Source: Actinomycetota bacterium
GTDB lineage: Bacteria; Actinomycetota; Thermoleophilia; Gaiellales; F1-60-MAGs149
Length of the DNA stretch: 64,000 nucleotides
NCBI GenBank assembly: GCA_009885805.1
Contig: VFJZ01000050.1
Coordinates: 1,471 to 65,470 of the forward strand
Direction: 5' to 3'
In this document: in pieces, positions 1 to 8,301 of the stretch
Layout: each line of letters starts with the position of its first letter
Position numbering within the stretch: position 1 is the stretch's first letter
The notes under the pieces: generated by a model
The model's database searches: none
Seen by the model: the letters and a program-made list of their open reading frames with translations, nothing else
Told to the model about the DNA's origin: nothing
Program-made: the position numbers and the translations under genes

Positions 1-441
1 CGTCGTCAGCTCCGTCCACTGGCCGGTCGAGGAGAACGGGAGTGGGTAGAGGAAGACCCAGGAGCCGGCGAAGTGCTGCGCCAGCACCGTGATCACGACA
101 CCGGTGACGCCGATGACCATCGTCCACCAGGAGATGACCGCCCAGCGGTAGCCCCAGCCGCGCACCTCGAAGCCGCATTCCTGCAGCACCCAGAACGACA
201 GGCCCATCAGGCAGAACGCGGCCCAGCCGACGAACGTCGCGAGGCCGTGCGCCGTCATCAGCTCGTACCAGAGGGCGGGCGACACCACCACCAGATCTGC
301 CTGGCTCTGCCGGAGCACCCCGCCGAGGGCGCCGCCGACGAGCAGCAGTGCGGTCGAGGTCAGCACGTACCGCACGACCAGTGCCCGCAGCCGCGCCCGC
401 GCGTCCTCCGTCGCGGTCTCGACCCGCTCGACGACGATCAC
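1..441 (-). CDS. heme-copper (cytochrome c) oxidase subunit I, N-terminal fragment; the gene runs off the window start
   Basis: Not in the ORF track because there is no stop in the window. My own reverse-strand translation from GTG at 441 reads VIVVERVETATEDARARLRALVVRYVLTSTALLLVGGALGGVLRQSQADLVVVSPALWYELMTAHGLATFVGWAAF... It shows TM helices and the Y-x4-T-x-HG signature of subunit I. The start has a GTGA overlap with the stop of the subunit II gene. Confidence 0.7.
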   Translation of the reverse strand, partial: MIVVERVETATEDARARLRALVVRYVLTSTALLLVGGALGGVLRQSQADLVVVSPALWYELMTAHGLATFVGWAAFCLMGLSFWVLQECGFEVRGWGYRWAVISWWTMVIGVTGVVITVLAQHFAGSWVFLYPLPFSSTGQWTELTT

Positions 442-962
442 GGGACGACCTCGAACGTCGTCACCATCTGGTGGTGCCCGACACCGCAGTACTCGAAACA
501 GCGCACCGCGTACGTCCCCGGCTCATCCAGGGTCACCCGCAGCGACGACGGCCAACCCGGCATCATCTGCGCCTGCGTGACGAAGGTGCCGTCCGGGTCG
601 TAGATCGCGAACGCATGGTTGACGTCGTTCGCGGTGAGCCGGAACTCGACCTGTCGTCCAGCCTCGATCGTCGCGTCGGAGAACGTGAAGCCGTACTGCG
701 CGGCGACGACATCGATCACCTGACGGTCGGCCTGCGCGGCGGCGTTCCACGGCGTCTTCACGATCGTGGCCGCCAGCGCCCCGGCGAGCGCGACGCAGAC
801 GACGGCGAACCAGACGTTCTCCCGCCGCTTCCAGCCGGCGATGTCGAGCGGACGCTCCCGCTGCGAGGCACGTGTCGACCGGAAGATCACCGCGAAGATG
901 ACGAGCCCGATCGCGCACAGACCGACGTAGATCAGGTTGAAGACGACCATCGTCCCGTTCAC
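438..962 (-). CDS. cytochrome c oxidase subunit II (CuA cupredoxin), short ba3-like form
   Basis: 174 aa with an N-terminal TM segment. The C-terminal cupredoxin carries the CuA ligand motif CFEYCGVGHHQM preceded by NHAF. Confidence 0.85.
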   Translation of the reverse strand: MNGTMVVFNLIYVGLCAIGLVIFAVIFRSTRASQRERPLDIAGWKRRENVWFAVVCVALAGALAATIVKTPWNAAAQADRQVIDVVAAQYGFTFSDATIEAGRQVEFRLTANDVNHAFAIYDPDGTFVTQAQMMPGWPSSLRVTLDEPGTYAVRCFEYCGVGHHQMVTTFEVVP

Positions 963-1039
963 CCTGCTGACGCTACGGCGATCGGCTGACGCCAGCGTCA
1001 GGGGGACGCCGTGCCGCGGCTGCGGGAAAGCCGTAGGGT

Positions 1040-1600
1040 CTACGGCTCGAGCCGGCGGGCCGACACGAGGATGCGGTACGTCATGCCCCAGACGACGGCC
1101 TCGCGGCCGTCGCTACCCGCGCCGACGAACGCCGGCACCTCGTACGGCACCTCTGGCACGCGGACGAGACGCTCCTCGTAGGCCGCGAACGGCGCCCACC
1201 AGGCCGCCTCCAACTCGTCCGACGGCTCCGGCTCGACGGCGGTCGTGATCTCGGCCGCGAACGCGGCCACGACGAGCCGCCGCGCGCCGCCGTCGACCGG
1301 CTCGAGGGAGCCGAGCAGCCGGCCGTGCCCGAGCGGGTCGAAGCCCACCTCCTCGCGCGTCTCCCGGACCGCCGCTGCGAGTGGCTCCTCGGCGGGATGG
1401 TCGAGCCGCCCGCCGGGCAGCGCCATCTGCCCGGACCAGGGATCGCCGTCACGGACCTGCCGGCGACCGACGAGGACCTCCGGGCCGCCGCCGCGATCGC
1501 GCAGGCACACCATCACGGCGGCGCGCGCGCCGACCGCCTCGCGTGGCGTGCGCGCGGCGAGCGCCGCGGCGAGCACCGTGATGTCGGGGAACACCGCCAA
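1040..1600 (-). CDS. NUDIX hydrolase
   Basis: Nudix box GGRLDHPAEEPLAAAVRETREEVGF (GX5EX7REUXEEXGU). Confidence 0.85.
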   Translation of the reverse strand: MAVFPDITVLAAALAARTPREAVGARAAVMVCLRDRGGGPEVLVGRRQVRDGDPWSGQMALPGGRLDHPAEEPLAAAVRETREEVGFDPLGHGRLLGSLEPVDGGARRLVVAAFAAEITTAVEPEPSDELEAAWWAPFAAYEERLVRVPEVPYEVPAFVGAGSDGREAVVWGMTYRILVSARRLEP

Positions 1601-1621
1601 CGGACGGGTACGCTACCCGCG

Positions 1622-2110
1622 ATGGAGCGACTCTGGGCGCCGTGGCGGCTGCAGTACGTGGCCTCGGCCTCGGGTGAGAACGCGGTCGACTGCGTCTTCT
1701 GCGACAAACAGGTCGGCGACGAGCGCGAGATGCTGATCGTCCATCGCGGGACGCACTGCTTCGCGATGCTCAACCTCTATCCGTACGCGAACGGGCACCT
1801 GATGGTGGCGCCGTACCGGCACCTCGCGTCGCCCGGGGACCTCGACGCCGACGAGCGGGCCGAGCTGTGGCAGCTCCTCGACCACTGCCTGCGGGCCCTC
1901 GACGCGACGCTGAAGCCGCACGGCGCCAACGCCGGACTCAACCTCGGCCGTAGCGCCGGCGCCGGCGTCGAGGGCCACCTGCACCTCCACGTCGTTCCGC
2001 GCTGGAACGGCGACACCAACTTCATGCCGGTGCTCGCCGACGTGCGGGTGATGGCGCAGCACCTGGACGACACCTGGCAGCTGCTGCGAGACGCCTGGGC
2101 CTCCGTGTAG
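1622..2110 (+). CDS. HIT family protein (Ap4A phosphorylase-like)
   Basis: Internal ATG of track ORF 1325..2110, giving MERLWAPWRLQY... Histidine triad HLHLHVVPR. The upstream part of the track ORF is antisense to the NUDIX gene. Confidence 0.85.
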   Translation: MERLWAPWRLQYVASASGENAVDCVFCDKQVGDEREMLIVHRGTHCFAMLNLYPYANGHLMVAPYRHLASPGDLDADERAELWQLLDHCLRALDATLKPHGANAGLNLGRSAGAGVEGHLHLHVVPRWNGDTNFMPVLADVRVMAQHLDDTWQLLRDAWASV

Positions 2111-2119
2111 CCTGCTCGG

Positions 2120-3466
2120 GTGACGCTCGACCCGCGCGTGTTCAAGGCCTACGACGTCCGCGGCATCGTCCCGCGCGAGCTCGACGCGGACGGTGCGTAC
2201 CGGATTGCCCGCGCCTACGTCGACCACTTCTCGCCGCGGCGGATCGCCGTCGGGCACGACATGCGTCTCTCCTCCCCCGCGCTCTCGGAGGCTGTCATCC
2301 GCGGCGCGCTCGACGCCGGCTGCGACGTCGACGACATCGGGCTCGCAGGCACGGAGATGCTCTACCACGCCGTCGGCGAACACGGCTACGACGGCGGCAT
2401 CGCCGTGACCGCGTCGCACAACCCGGCGGAGTACAACGGCATGAAGATCGTGCGCCGCGGCGTCCTGCCCGTCGGCGGCGACACGGGCCTCGAGCAGATG
2501 CGCGAGATCGCGCTGGCCGGATCGTTCAAGGAACCGGCCGCCGCGGGGCAGCGTGGGACGCGACCGGTCCTCGAGAGCTTTACCGCCAAGGTGCTGTCCC
2601 TCGTCGACGTCGCTGCGATCTCGCCCCTGAAGGTCGTCCTCGACGGCGGCAACGGGATGGCGGGGACGATGCTGTCGCAGGTCCTGCCGCAGCTGCCGAT
2701 CCGGCCGATCGCCTGCTTCATGGAGCCCGACGGCTCCTTCCCGCACCACCAGCCGAACCCCCTGTTGGAGGAGAACCGCGAGTTCATCATCGCGCGCGTC
2801 CGCAGCGAGGGCGCCGACCTCGGTATCGCCTGGGACGGCGACGCCGACCGCTGCTTCTTCGTCGACGACGAGGGCACCTTCGTCCCGGGCGACTTCATGA
2901 CGGCGCTGCTCGCGGAGGCGGCGCTCGAGCGCCATCCGGGCGCAACCATCCTCTACGACCTGCGCGCGTCGCGCTGCGTGCCCGACACCATCGAGCGCTG
3001 CGGCGGCCGCGCCGTGCGCTGCCGGGTCGGGCATGCCTTCATCAAGGTGCGGATGCGTGAGGAGCAGGCGCAGTTCGCCGGCGAGGTCTCCGGCCATTAC
3101 TACTTCCGCGACTTCTACGGCGTCGACACGGGGATCGTGCCGGCGCTCGTGCTGCTGGAACTGGTCTCTCGCCGCGGCCTCTCGCTCGCGTCCCTGATCA
3201 GGCCGATGCGGGAGCGTTACCACATCTCCGGAGAGATCAACACGCCGGTGCGGGACGTGGCGCTGAAGTTGCAGGAGTTGAAGGACCGCTTCGGCGCCGG
3301 GGCGGAGATCAGCCACCTCGACGGTGTCTCGATCGACTTTGCGGACTGGCACTTCAACGTCCGTCCCTCGAACACGGAGCCGCTCCTGCGCCTCAACCTG
3401 GAGGCGTACAGCGCGGAGGAGATGGAGCGCCGCCGCGACGAGGTGCTCGGGGTGATCCGCGCGTGA
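2120..3466 (+). CDS. phosphomannomutase/phosphoglucomutase
   Basis: 448 aa. Phosphoserine loop TASHNPAEYNGMK and Mg loop DGDADR. Confidence 0.92.
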   Translation: MTLDPRVFKAYDVRGIVPRELDADGAYRIARAYVDHFSPRRIAVGHDMRLSSPALSEAVIRGALDAGCDVDDIGLAGTEMLYHAVGEHGYDGGIAVTASHNPAEYNGMKIVRRGVLPVGGDTGLEQMREIALAGSFKEPAAAGQRGTRPVLESFTAKVLSLVDVAAISPLKVVLDGGNGMAGTMLSQVLPQLPIRPIACFMEPDGSFPHHQPNPLLEENREFIIARVRSEGADLGIAWDGDADRCFFVDDEGTFVPGDFMTALLAEAALERHPGATILYDLRASRCVPDTIERCGGRAVRCRVGHAFIKVRMREEQAQFAGEVSGHYYFRDFYGVDTGIVPALVLLELVSRRGLSLASLIRPMRERYHISGEINTPVRDVALKLQELKDRFGAGAEISHLDGVSIDFADWHFNVRPSNTEPLLRLNLEAYSAEEMERRRDEVLGVIRA

Positions 3467-4254
3467 TCACCGACCGCCGGCCGCCGTTCCGCTTCGTCCA
3501 TCGGACGCGTGTCGGCTTCGACGAGACCGACGCGCAGGGCGTCGTCTACTACGGCCGCTACATGCCCTACTTCGACCGCTCGCGGGTCGAGTACCTGCGC
3601 CACCTGGGGCTGCTGCACGGCGCCGACGACGGGCGTGAGTTCGTGATGCGGGCGAACCGTGTCTCCTACGAGGCACCGGCGCGGTTCGACGACCTGCTCG
3701 AGGTGTACGTCCGCGTCGAGCGCATCGGGACGTCGAGCATGACCTACCAGTTCGCCGCGGCGAACGAGCGCGGCGACCTGCTCGTTACCGCCGAGCAGGT
3801 GCTCGTCCAGATCGAACGCACCAGCCGGCGGCCGGTGGCGATCGGCGAGGCTCAGCGCAGCGCGATCGACCTGTTCGAGGGCCGCGCCGTGGCCGTGGCC
3901 GACGGCGACCGCCGGGCGGGAGCGGTCGCCGCGGTCGAGCGGATCATCGTTGAGGACAGCGAGGCCGACGAGATCCTCCGCGATACGGTCGCGACGATCG
4001 GCAGGAGGTTCGACGCCTTCTGCGGCATCCGCTTCGCGGAGGACGGGGCGATGGTCGACGGCCCGGCGACGGGCGCGCCGACGGCTGACGTGACGACCGT
4101 CCCGATCGCGTACGACGGTGCGAAGGTGGCCGAACTCGTGGTCGGGGGGGCGCTCACGGCCGACGACGACGCGACGCTCGAAGGCGTCGCCGCCCTGCTC
4201 GGCCCGTTCTGCCTGGTCGGGTGGGATACGGGCGGGGAGGCCTGGAACCCGTAG
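3463..4254 (+). CDS. 4HBT/YbgC-type acyl-CoA thioesterase fused to an unassigned C-terminal domain (possibly GAF-like)
   Basis: The N-terminal ~135 aa (FRFVHRTRVGFDETDAQGVVYYGRYMPYFD) match the hotdog thioesterase pattern. The C-terminal ~125 aa are unassigned. The GTG start has a GTGA overlap with the upstream stop. Confidence 0.7.
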   Translation: MITDRRPPFRFVHRTRVGFDETDAQGVVYYGRYMPYFDRSRVEYLRHLGLLHGADDGREFVMRANRVSYEAPARFDDLLEVYVRVERIGTSSMTYQFAAANERGDLLVTAEQVLVQIERTSRRPVAIGEAQRSAIDLFEGRAVAVADGDRRAGAVAAVERIIVEDSEADEILRDTVATIGRRFDAFCGIRFAEDGAMVDGPATGAPTADVTTVPIAYDGAKVAELVVGGALTADDDATLEGVAALLGPFCLVGWDTGGEAWNP

Positions 4255-4257
4255 TGA

Positions 4258-4737
4258 TCAGTGCAGGCCGGAGCCCATCTCGCGCGTCCGGCGCACGTAC
4301 TCGGTGTCGATCCGCGTCCGCAGATCGGACGGGTCGCCGATCCCCACGAACTTGAAGTCGGAATCCTCGGTGCCCGCCGTGTCGAAGTCGAGCGTCCCGA
4401 CCTGCAGGAGGCGGTCGACGAACGTCTGCGTCAGGTTGACGTTCTGCACGCGATCGATGTGGGCGGCGCGTTCCTTGCGGGACAGGATGCCCTTGCGGAT
4501 GATGATGCGGCGATCGGTGATCGTGTAGAGGGTGGCGATTCGCGTGAACCAGCCCTTCACGAAGCCGACGATCGCGATCACGGCTGCCGCCAGGCCGCCG
4601 TACATCGCCTGATCGATCAGCACCCCGACGACCAGCACGATCGCCGCCACCACGACGACGCTCGCGTACCACGACAGCATCGCCCGCCACGATGGACGGC
4701 CCTGCCAGACCATCGCCTCGCCTTCCATGAGATCCAT
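4258..4737 (-). CDS. bacterial PH-domain (bPH_2/YdbS-like) membrane protein
   Basis: Two TM helices followed by TITDRRIIIRKGILSRKERAAHIDRVQNVNLTQTFVDRLLQVGTLDFDTAG, which is typical of bPH_2. Confidence 0.75.
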   Translation of the reverse strand: MDLMEGEAMVWQGRPSWRAMLSWYASVVVVAAIVLVVGVLIDQAMYGGLAAAVIAIVGFVKGWFTRIATLYTITDRRIIIRKGILSRKERAAHIDRVQNVNLTQTFVDRLLQVGTLDFDTAGTEDSDFKFVGIGDPSDLRTRIDTEYVRRTREMGSGLH

Positions 4738-4776
4738 GGGCAGAGCCTACCGGACGCACTCGCCGCCGTGGTGGTG

Positions 4777-6978
4777 TCAGCGCGCGGTCGGCGTCACACG
4801 ATAGGCGTCGAACACCGACTCGATCTGACGAAGACCGGAGAGCACCGCCCGCAGTGTGCGGACGTCGGTGATCTCGATCACGTACCAGTTGCGGGCCATG
4901 CCTTCCTGCACGTGCCCGCCGTACTCGACGACGTTGCAGCCGTGCTCCGCGAAGGTCCGCCCGACGTCCTCGAGCAGGCGCGTCCGGTCCCAGGAGTCGA
5001 CGGCGACCGTGACGCGGAACGACTGCTGCGCCTCGCCGTCCCACGCCACCGGCGTGAAACGCTCCGGGTTGCGCATCAGGGCGCGCGCGTTTGGGCAGTC
5101 CGTGCGGTGGATCGTGATGCCGCGCCCGACGGAGATGTAGCCGGCGATCTCGTCGCCCGGCACCGGCGTGCAGCACTTCGCCATCCGCACGAGCACGGCG
5201 GCATCGTCGGCAACGCCGTCGACGACGATCCCGAAGTTGGCACCGTCGACGGCCTGGGAGCGACCGCGCCGGCGGAGCAACTGATCGGTCGACGACTCCT
5301 CGACGACCTCCTGCGTCTTCAGCTGCTGCAGGATCTTCGTCACGACCTGCGAGACCGGCACCTTGCCGGAGCCGATCGCGACGTAGAAGTCGTCGGCCTT
5401 CTTGAAGCCCAGCTCGCGAATCAGTGCCGCGAGCAGCGGTGACGAGCCGATCTTCTGGTGCGGTAAGCCGTTCGACTTCAACGCCTGCTGGAGCGAATCA
5501 CGGCCCTTCTGCTCCGTATCGTCGCGCTGCTCCTTCGCGAACCAGGCGCGAATCTTGTTGCGCGCGCGCGTCGTCCGCACGACCTTGAGCCAGTCGCGTG
5601 ACGGCCCCCGCTCCGTCTTCGTCGTCAGCACCTCGACGATGTCGCCGGACGACAGCGTGTACGACAGCGGCACGATCCGGCCGTTCGCCTTCGCGCCGAC
5701 GCAGCGATGACCGATGTCCGTGTGCACCGCGTAGGCGAAGTCGAGCGGCGTGGCGCCGGACGCGAGCGCCTTCAGTTCTCCCTTCGGCGTGAAGACGTAG
5801 ACCTCCTCGTCGAACAGCCCCGTGCGCAGCGCGTCCATGAACACCTGCGCGTCGGCCTCGTCCGCACCCTCGACGACCTCGGTCAGCCACTTCTGCGGCG
5901 ACGGCGGCCGGCCGTCCTTGTAGAGCCAGTGCGCCGCGACGCCGAACTCTGCCGTCTGGTGCATCCGCTGCGTCCGCACCTGGATCTCGAGCGGCTTGCC
6001 CTGCGGACCGATCACCGTCGTGTGCAGGGACTGGTAGCCGTTCGACTTCGGCATTGCGATGTAGTCCTTGAACCGCCCCGGCATCGGCTTCCAGAGGGAG
6101 TGCATGACCCCGATCGCGCCGTAGCAGTCCTTGTCGGAGTCAACGCGGACGCGCATCGCGGTGAGGTCGTAGATCTCGTTGAACTCCTTGCCGCGCCGCG
6201 TCATCTTCTCGAAGATCGAGTAGAAGTGCTTGGCGCGCCCGGAGATCTGGGCGTGGACGCCCACCCGGTCGAGCTCGGTCAGGAGCTCGCGACCGGCCTC
6301 GGCGACGAACTGCTCACGGTCGGCGCGGCGCTCGTTCACCATCTTCTCGATCTCGGCGTACTTGCGGGGGTACAGGGTCACGAAGGCGAGGTCCTCGAGT
6401 TCCCACTTGATCGAGTGGATGCCGAGCCGGTGCGCGATCGGGGCGTACACCTCGATCGTCTCGCGTGCCTTCTGGATCTGCTTCTGCTTGCCCAGATAGG
6501 TCAGCGTGCGCATGTTGTGGAGCCGGTCGGCGAGCTTGATCACGACGACGCGGATGTCCTGCGCCATCGAGAGGATCATCTTGCGGTAGTTCTCGGCCTC
6601 GGCCTCCTCGCGGGAGGCGAACTGGATGCGCGACAGCTTCGTGACGCCGTCGACGAGCAGGCGCGTCTCCTCGCCGAAGCGCTGGGCGATCTCCTCGCTG
6701 ACCGTGCCCGTGTCCTCCACGACGTCGTGGAGGAGCGCGGCCGCGAGCACGAGCGGCGGCTGCTGCAGCCGGGCGCACACCTTCGCGACGCCCCACGGGT
6801 GCAGGATGTACTCCTCACCGCTCTTGCGCATCTGACCGTCGTGTTGCGCACACGCGAACGCGAAGGCCTCGGCCAGCATCGTCGTGTCGGCGTCCGGCAT
6901 GTACGCGCCGACGTCCTCGATCAACTCGGCGAGGAGCTCGCGGTGACGCTCGGCGGCGGACGGCAGGGCGACGGACAT
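4777..6978 (-). CDS. relA: bifunctional (p)ppGpp synthetase/hydrolase RelA/SpoT
   Basis: 733 aa. HD hydrolase motif (HDVVEDT), synthetase domain, and TGS and ACT C-terminal domains. Confidence 0.96.
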   Translation of the reverse strand: MSVALPSAAERHRELLAELIEDVGAYMPDADTTMLAEAFAFACAQHDGQMRKSGEEYILHPWGVAKVCARLQQPPLVLAAALLHDVVEDTGTVSEEIAQRFGEETRLLVDGVTKLSRIQFASREEAEAENYRKMILSMAQDIRVVVIKLADRLHNMRTLTYLGKQKQIQKARETIEVYAPIAHRLGIHSIKWELEDLAFVTLYPRKYAEIEKMVNERRADREQFVAEAGRELLTELDRVGVHAQISGRAKHFYSIFEKMTRRGKEFNEIYDLTAMRVRVDSDKDCYGAIGVMHSLWKPMPGRFKDYIAMPKSNGYQSLHTTVIGPQGKPLEIQVRTQRMHQTAEFGVAAHWLYKDGRPPSPQKWLTEVVEGADEADAQVFMDALRTGLFDEEVYVFTPKGELKALASGATPLDFAYAVHTDIGHRCVGAKANGRIVPLSYTLSSGDIVEVLTTKTERGPSRDWLKVVRTTRARNKIRAWFAKEQRDDTEQKGRDSLQQALKSNGLPHQKIGSSPLLAALIRELGFKKADDFYVAIGSGKVPVSQVVTKILQQLKTQEVVEESSTDQLLRRRGRSQAVDGANFGIVVDGVADDAAVLVRMAKCCTPVPGDEIAGYISVGRGITIHRTDCPNARALMRNPERFTPVAWDGEAQQSFRVTVAVDSWDRTRLLEDVGRTFAEHGCNVVEYGGHVQEGMARNWYVIEITDVRTLRAVLSGLRQIESVFDAYRVTPTAR

Positions 6979-6989
6979 GACTGGTCCTC

Positions 6990-7817
6990 ATGGTATCGCC
7001 GTGCGATCATCCGGACATGAGCGCCGCGCCGATCTCCACAGCGTACGAGCACGTGACCGCAACGCAGGACGGCGCGATCGGACGGCTGACGCTGAACCGT
7101 CCCGCCCGTCGCAACGCGATGAGCTTCGACCTGATCGGCGAGGCGATCGCCGCCCTCCAGGCCCTGTCCGCCGACCCGGCCTGCCGCGTGATCGTGATCG
7201 CCGGCAACGGCCCCGCCTTCTCGGCCGGCCACGACCTGTCGGAGATGCGCGGACGCCCGCGAGCCTTCTACGACGAGCTGTTCGAGGTCTGCACGCGCCT
7301 GATGCAGACGATCCACGCCGTGCCGCAGCCGGTGATCGCGCGCGTCCACGGCATCGCCACGGCCGCCGGCTGCCAGCTCGTCGCGACCTGCGATCTCGTC
7401 GTGGCCGCGGAGGAGGCGACGTTCGCCACGCCCGGCGTGAAGATCGGTCTGTTCTGCTCCACGCCGATGGTGGCGGTCTCGCGCGCCGTCGGCCGCAAGC
7501 GCGCGCTCGAGATGTTGCTGACGGGGACGCCGATCGACGCCCGCACCGCCGCCGACTGGGGCCTCGTGAACCGCGTCGTGAAGGCCGCCGACCTCGACGC
7601 CGCCGTCGATGAGTTGGCGGCGCGCGTCGCCGCGTCGTCCGCCTACACCGTCGCCGTCGGCAAGGCGGCGTTCTGGGAGCAGATCGACCGCACCGAGCCC
7701 GGCGCCTACGAGCACACCCAGACGGTGATGGCCGCGAACGCGGCGGCGACCGACGCCCAGGAGGGCATCGGCGCGTTCCTCGACAAGCGCGCGCCGACCT
7801 GGACGCACGGCGCGTGA
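6990..7817 (+). CDS. enoyl-CoA hydratase/isomerase family protein
   Basis: Crotonase motif IAGNGPAFSAGHDL. An alternative ATG start lies at 7017. Confidence 0.88.
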   Translation: MVSPCDHPDMSAAPISTAYEHVTATQDGAIGRLTLNRPARRNAMSFDLIGEAIAALQALSADPACRVIVIAGNGPAFSAGHDLSEMRGRPRAFYDELFEVCTRLMQTIHAVPQPVIARVHGIATAAGCQLVATCDLVVAAEEATFATPGVKIGLFCSTPMVAVSRAVGRKRALEMLLTGTPIDARTAADWGLVNRVVKAADLDAAVDELAARVAASSAYTVAVGKAAFWEQIDRTEPGAYEHTQTVMAANAAATDAQEGIGAFLDKRAPTWTHGA

Positions 7818-8281
7818 GTGCGGGCGACGACTGGTACGAACCGCAGGCCGACGTGGAGCCCGGGCAGCCACTGGCCGGCATCGGCACACGGCTGGTCGCC
7901 TTCATCCTGAACATTGTGACCCTGCTCGGACCATTCCTCGTCGCGGTCACCGCCGTCGACGAGGACGCCCCGAGCGGCTCCACGCGGGACGCCCTGCTCG
8001 GCCTCGTCGCGTTCGGCTGGCTGTTCGTGATCGCGGTCCTCAACATCGTCCTGCTCGCGCAGCGCGGTCAGTCGCTCGGCAAGATCGTCGTCGGCATCCG
8101 CATCGTGCGCACCGACGGCACGCCGGCCGACGTCGTCCACGTCGTCCTTTTGCGGGCAGTCGCGAACCTGGGTCTGAGCCTCGTCCCGGTCTACTGGTTC
8201 GTCGACTCCCTGTTCATCCTCCGGGCCGACCGGCGCTGCATCCACGACCTGCTCGCGGACACGAAGGTCGTCGTCGCCTGA
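7814..8281 (+). CDS. RDD family membrane protein
   Basis: 155 aa with TM helices and the GQSLGKIVVGIRIVRTDG motif. The GTG start has a GTGA overlap with the upstream stop. Confidence 0.75.
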   Translation: MSAGDDWYEPQADVEPGQPLAGIGTRLVAFILNIVTLLGPFLVAVTAVDEDAPSGSTRDALLGLVAFGWLFVIAVLNIVLLAQRGQSLGKIVVGIRIVRTDGTPADVVHVVLLRAVANLGLSLVPVYWFVDSLFILRADRRCIHDLLADTKVVVA

Positions 8282-8301
8282 CTGCGCAGCGGCGCGGTCA
8301 G
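8278..8301. terminator. bidirectional hairpin between convergent genes; both stop codons lie in the arms
   Basis: ctgactgcgc-agcg-gcgcggtcag, a 10-bp stem (one G-U pair) with a 4-nt loop. The TGA at 8279..8281 and the recJ stop at 8298..8300 are inside the arms. There is no U-tract. Confidence 0.5.
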
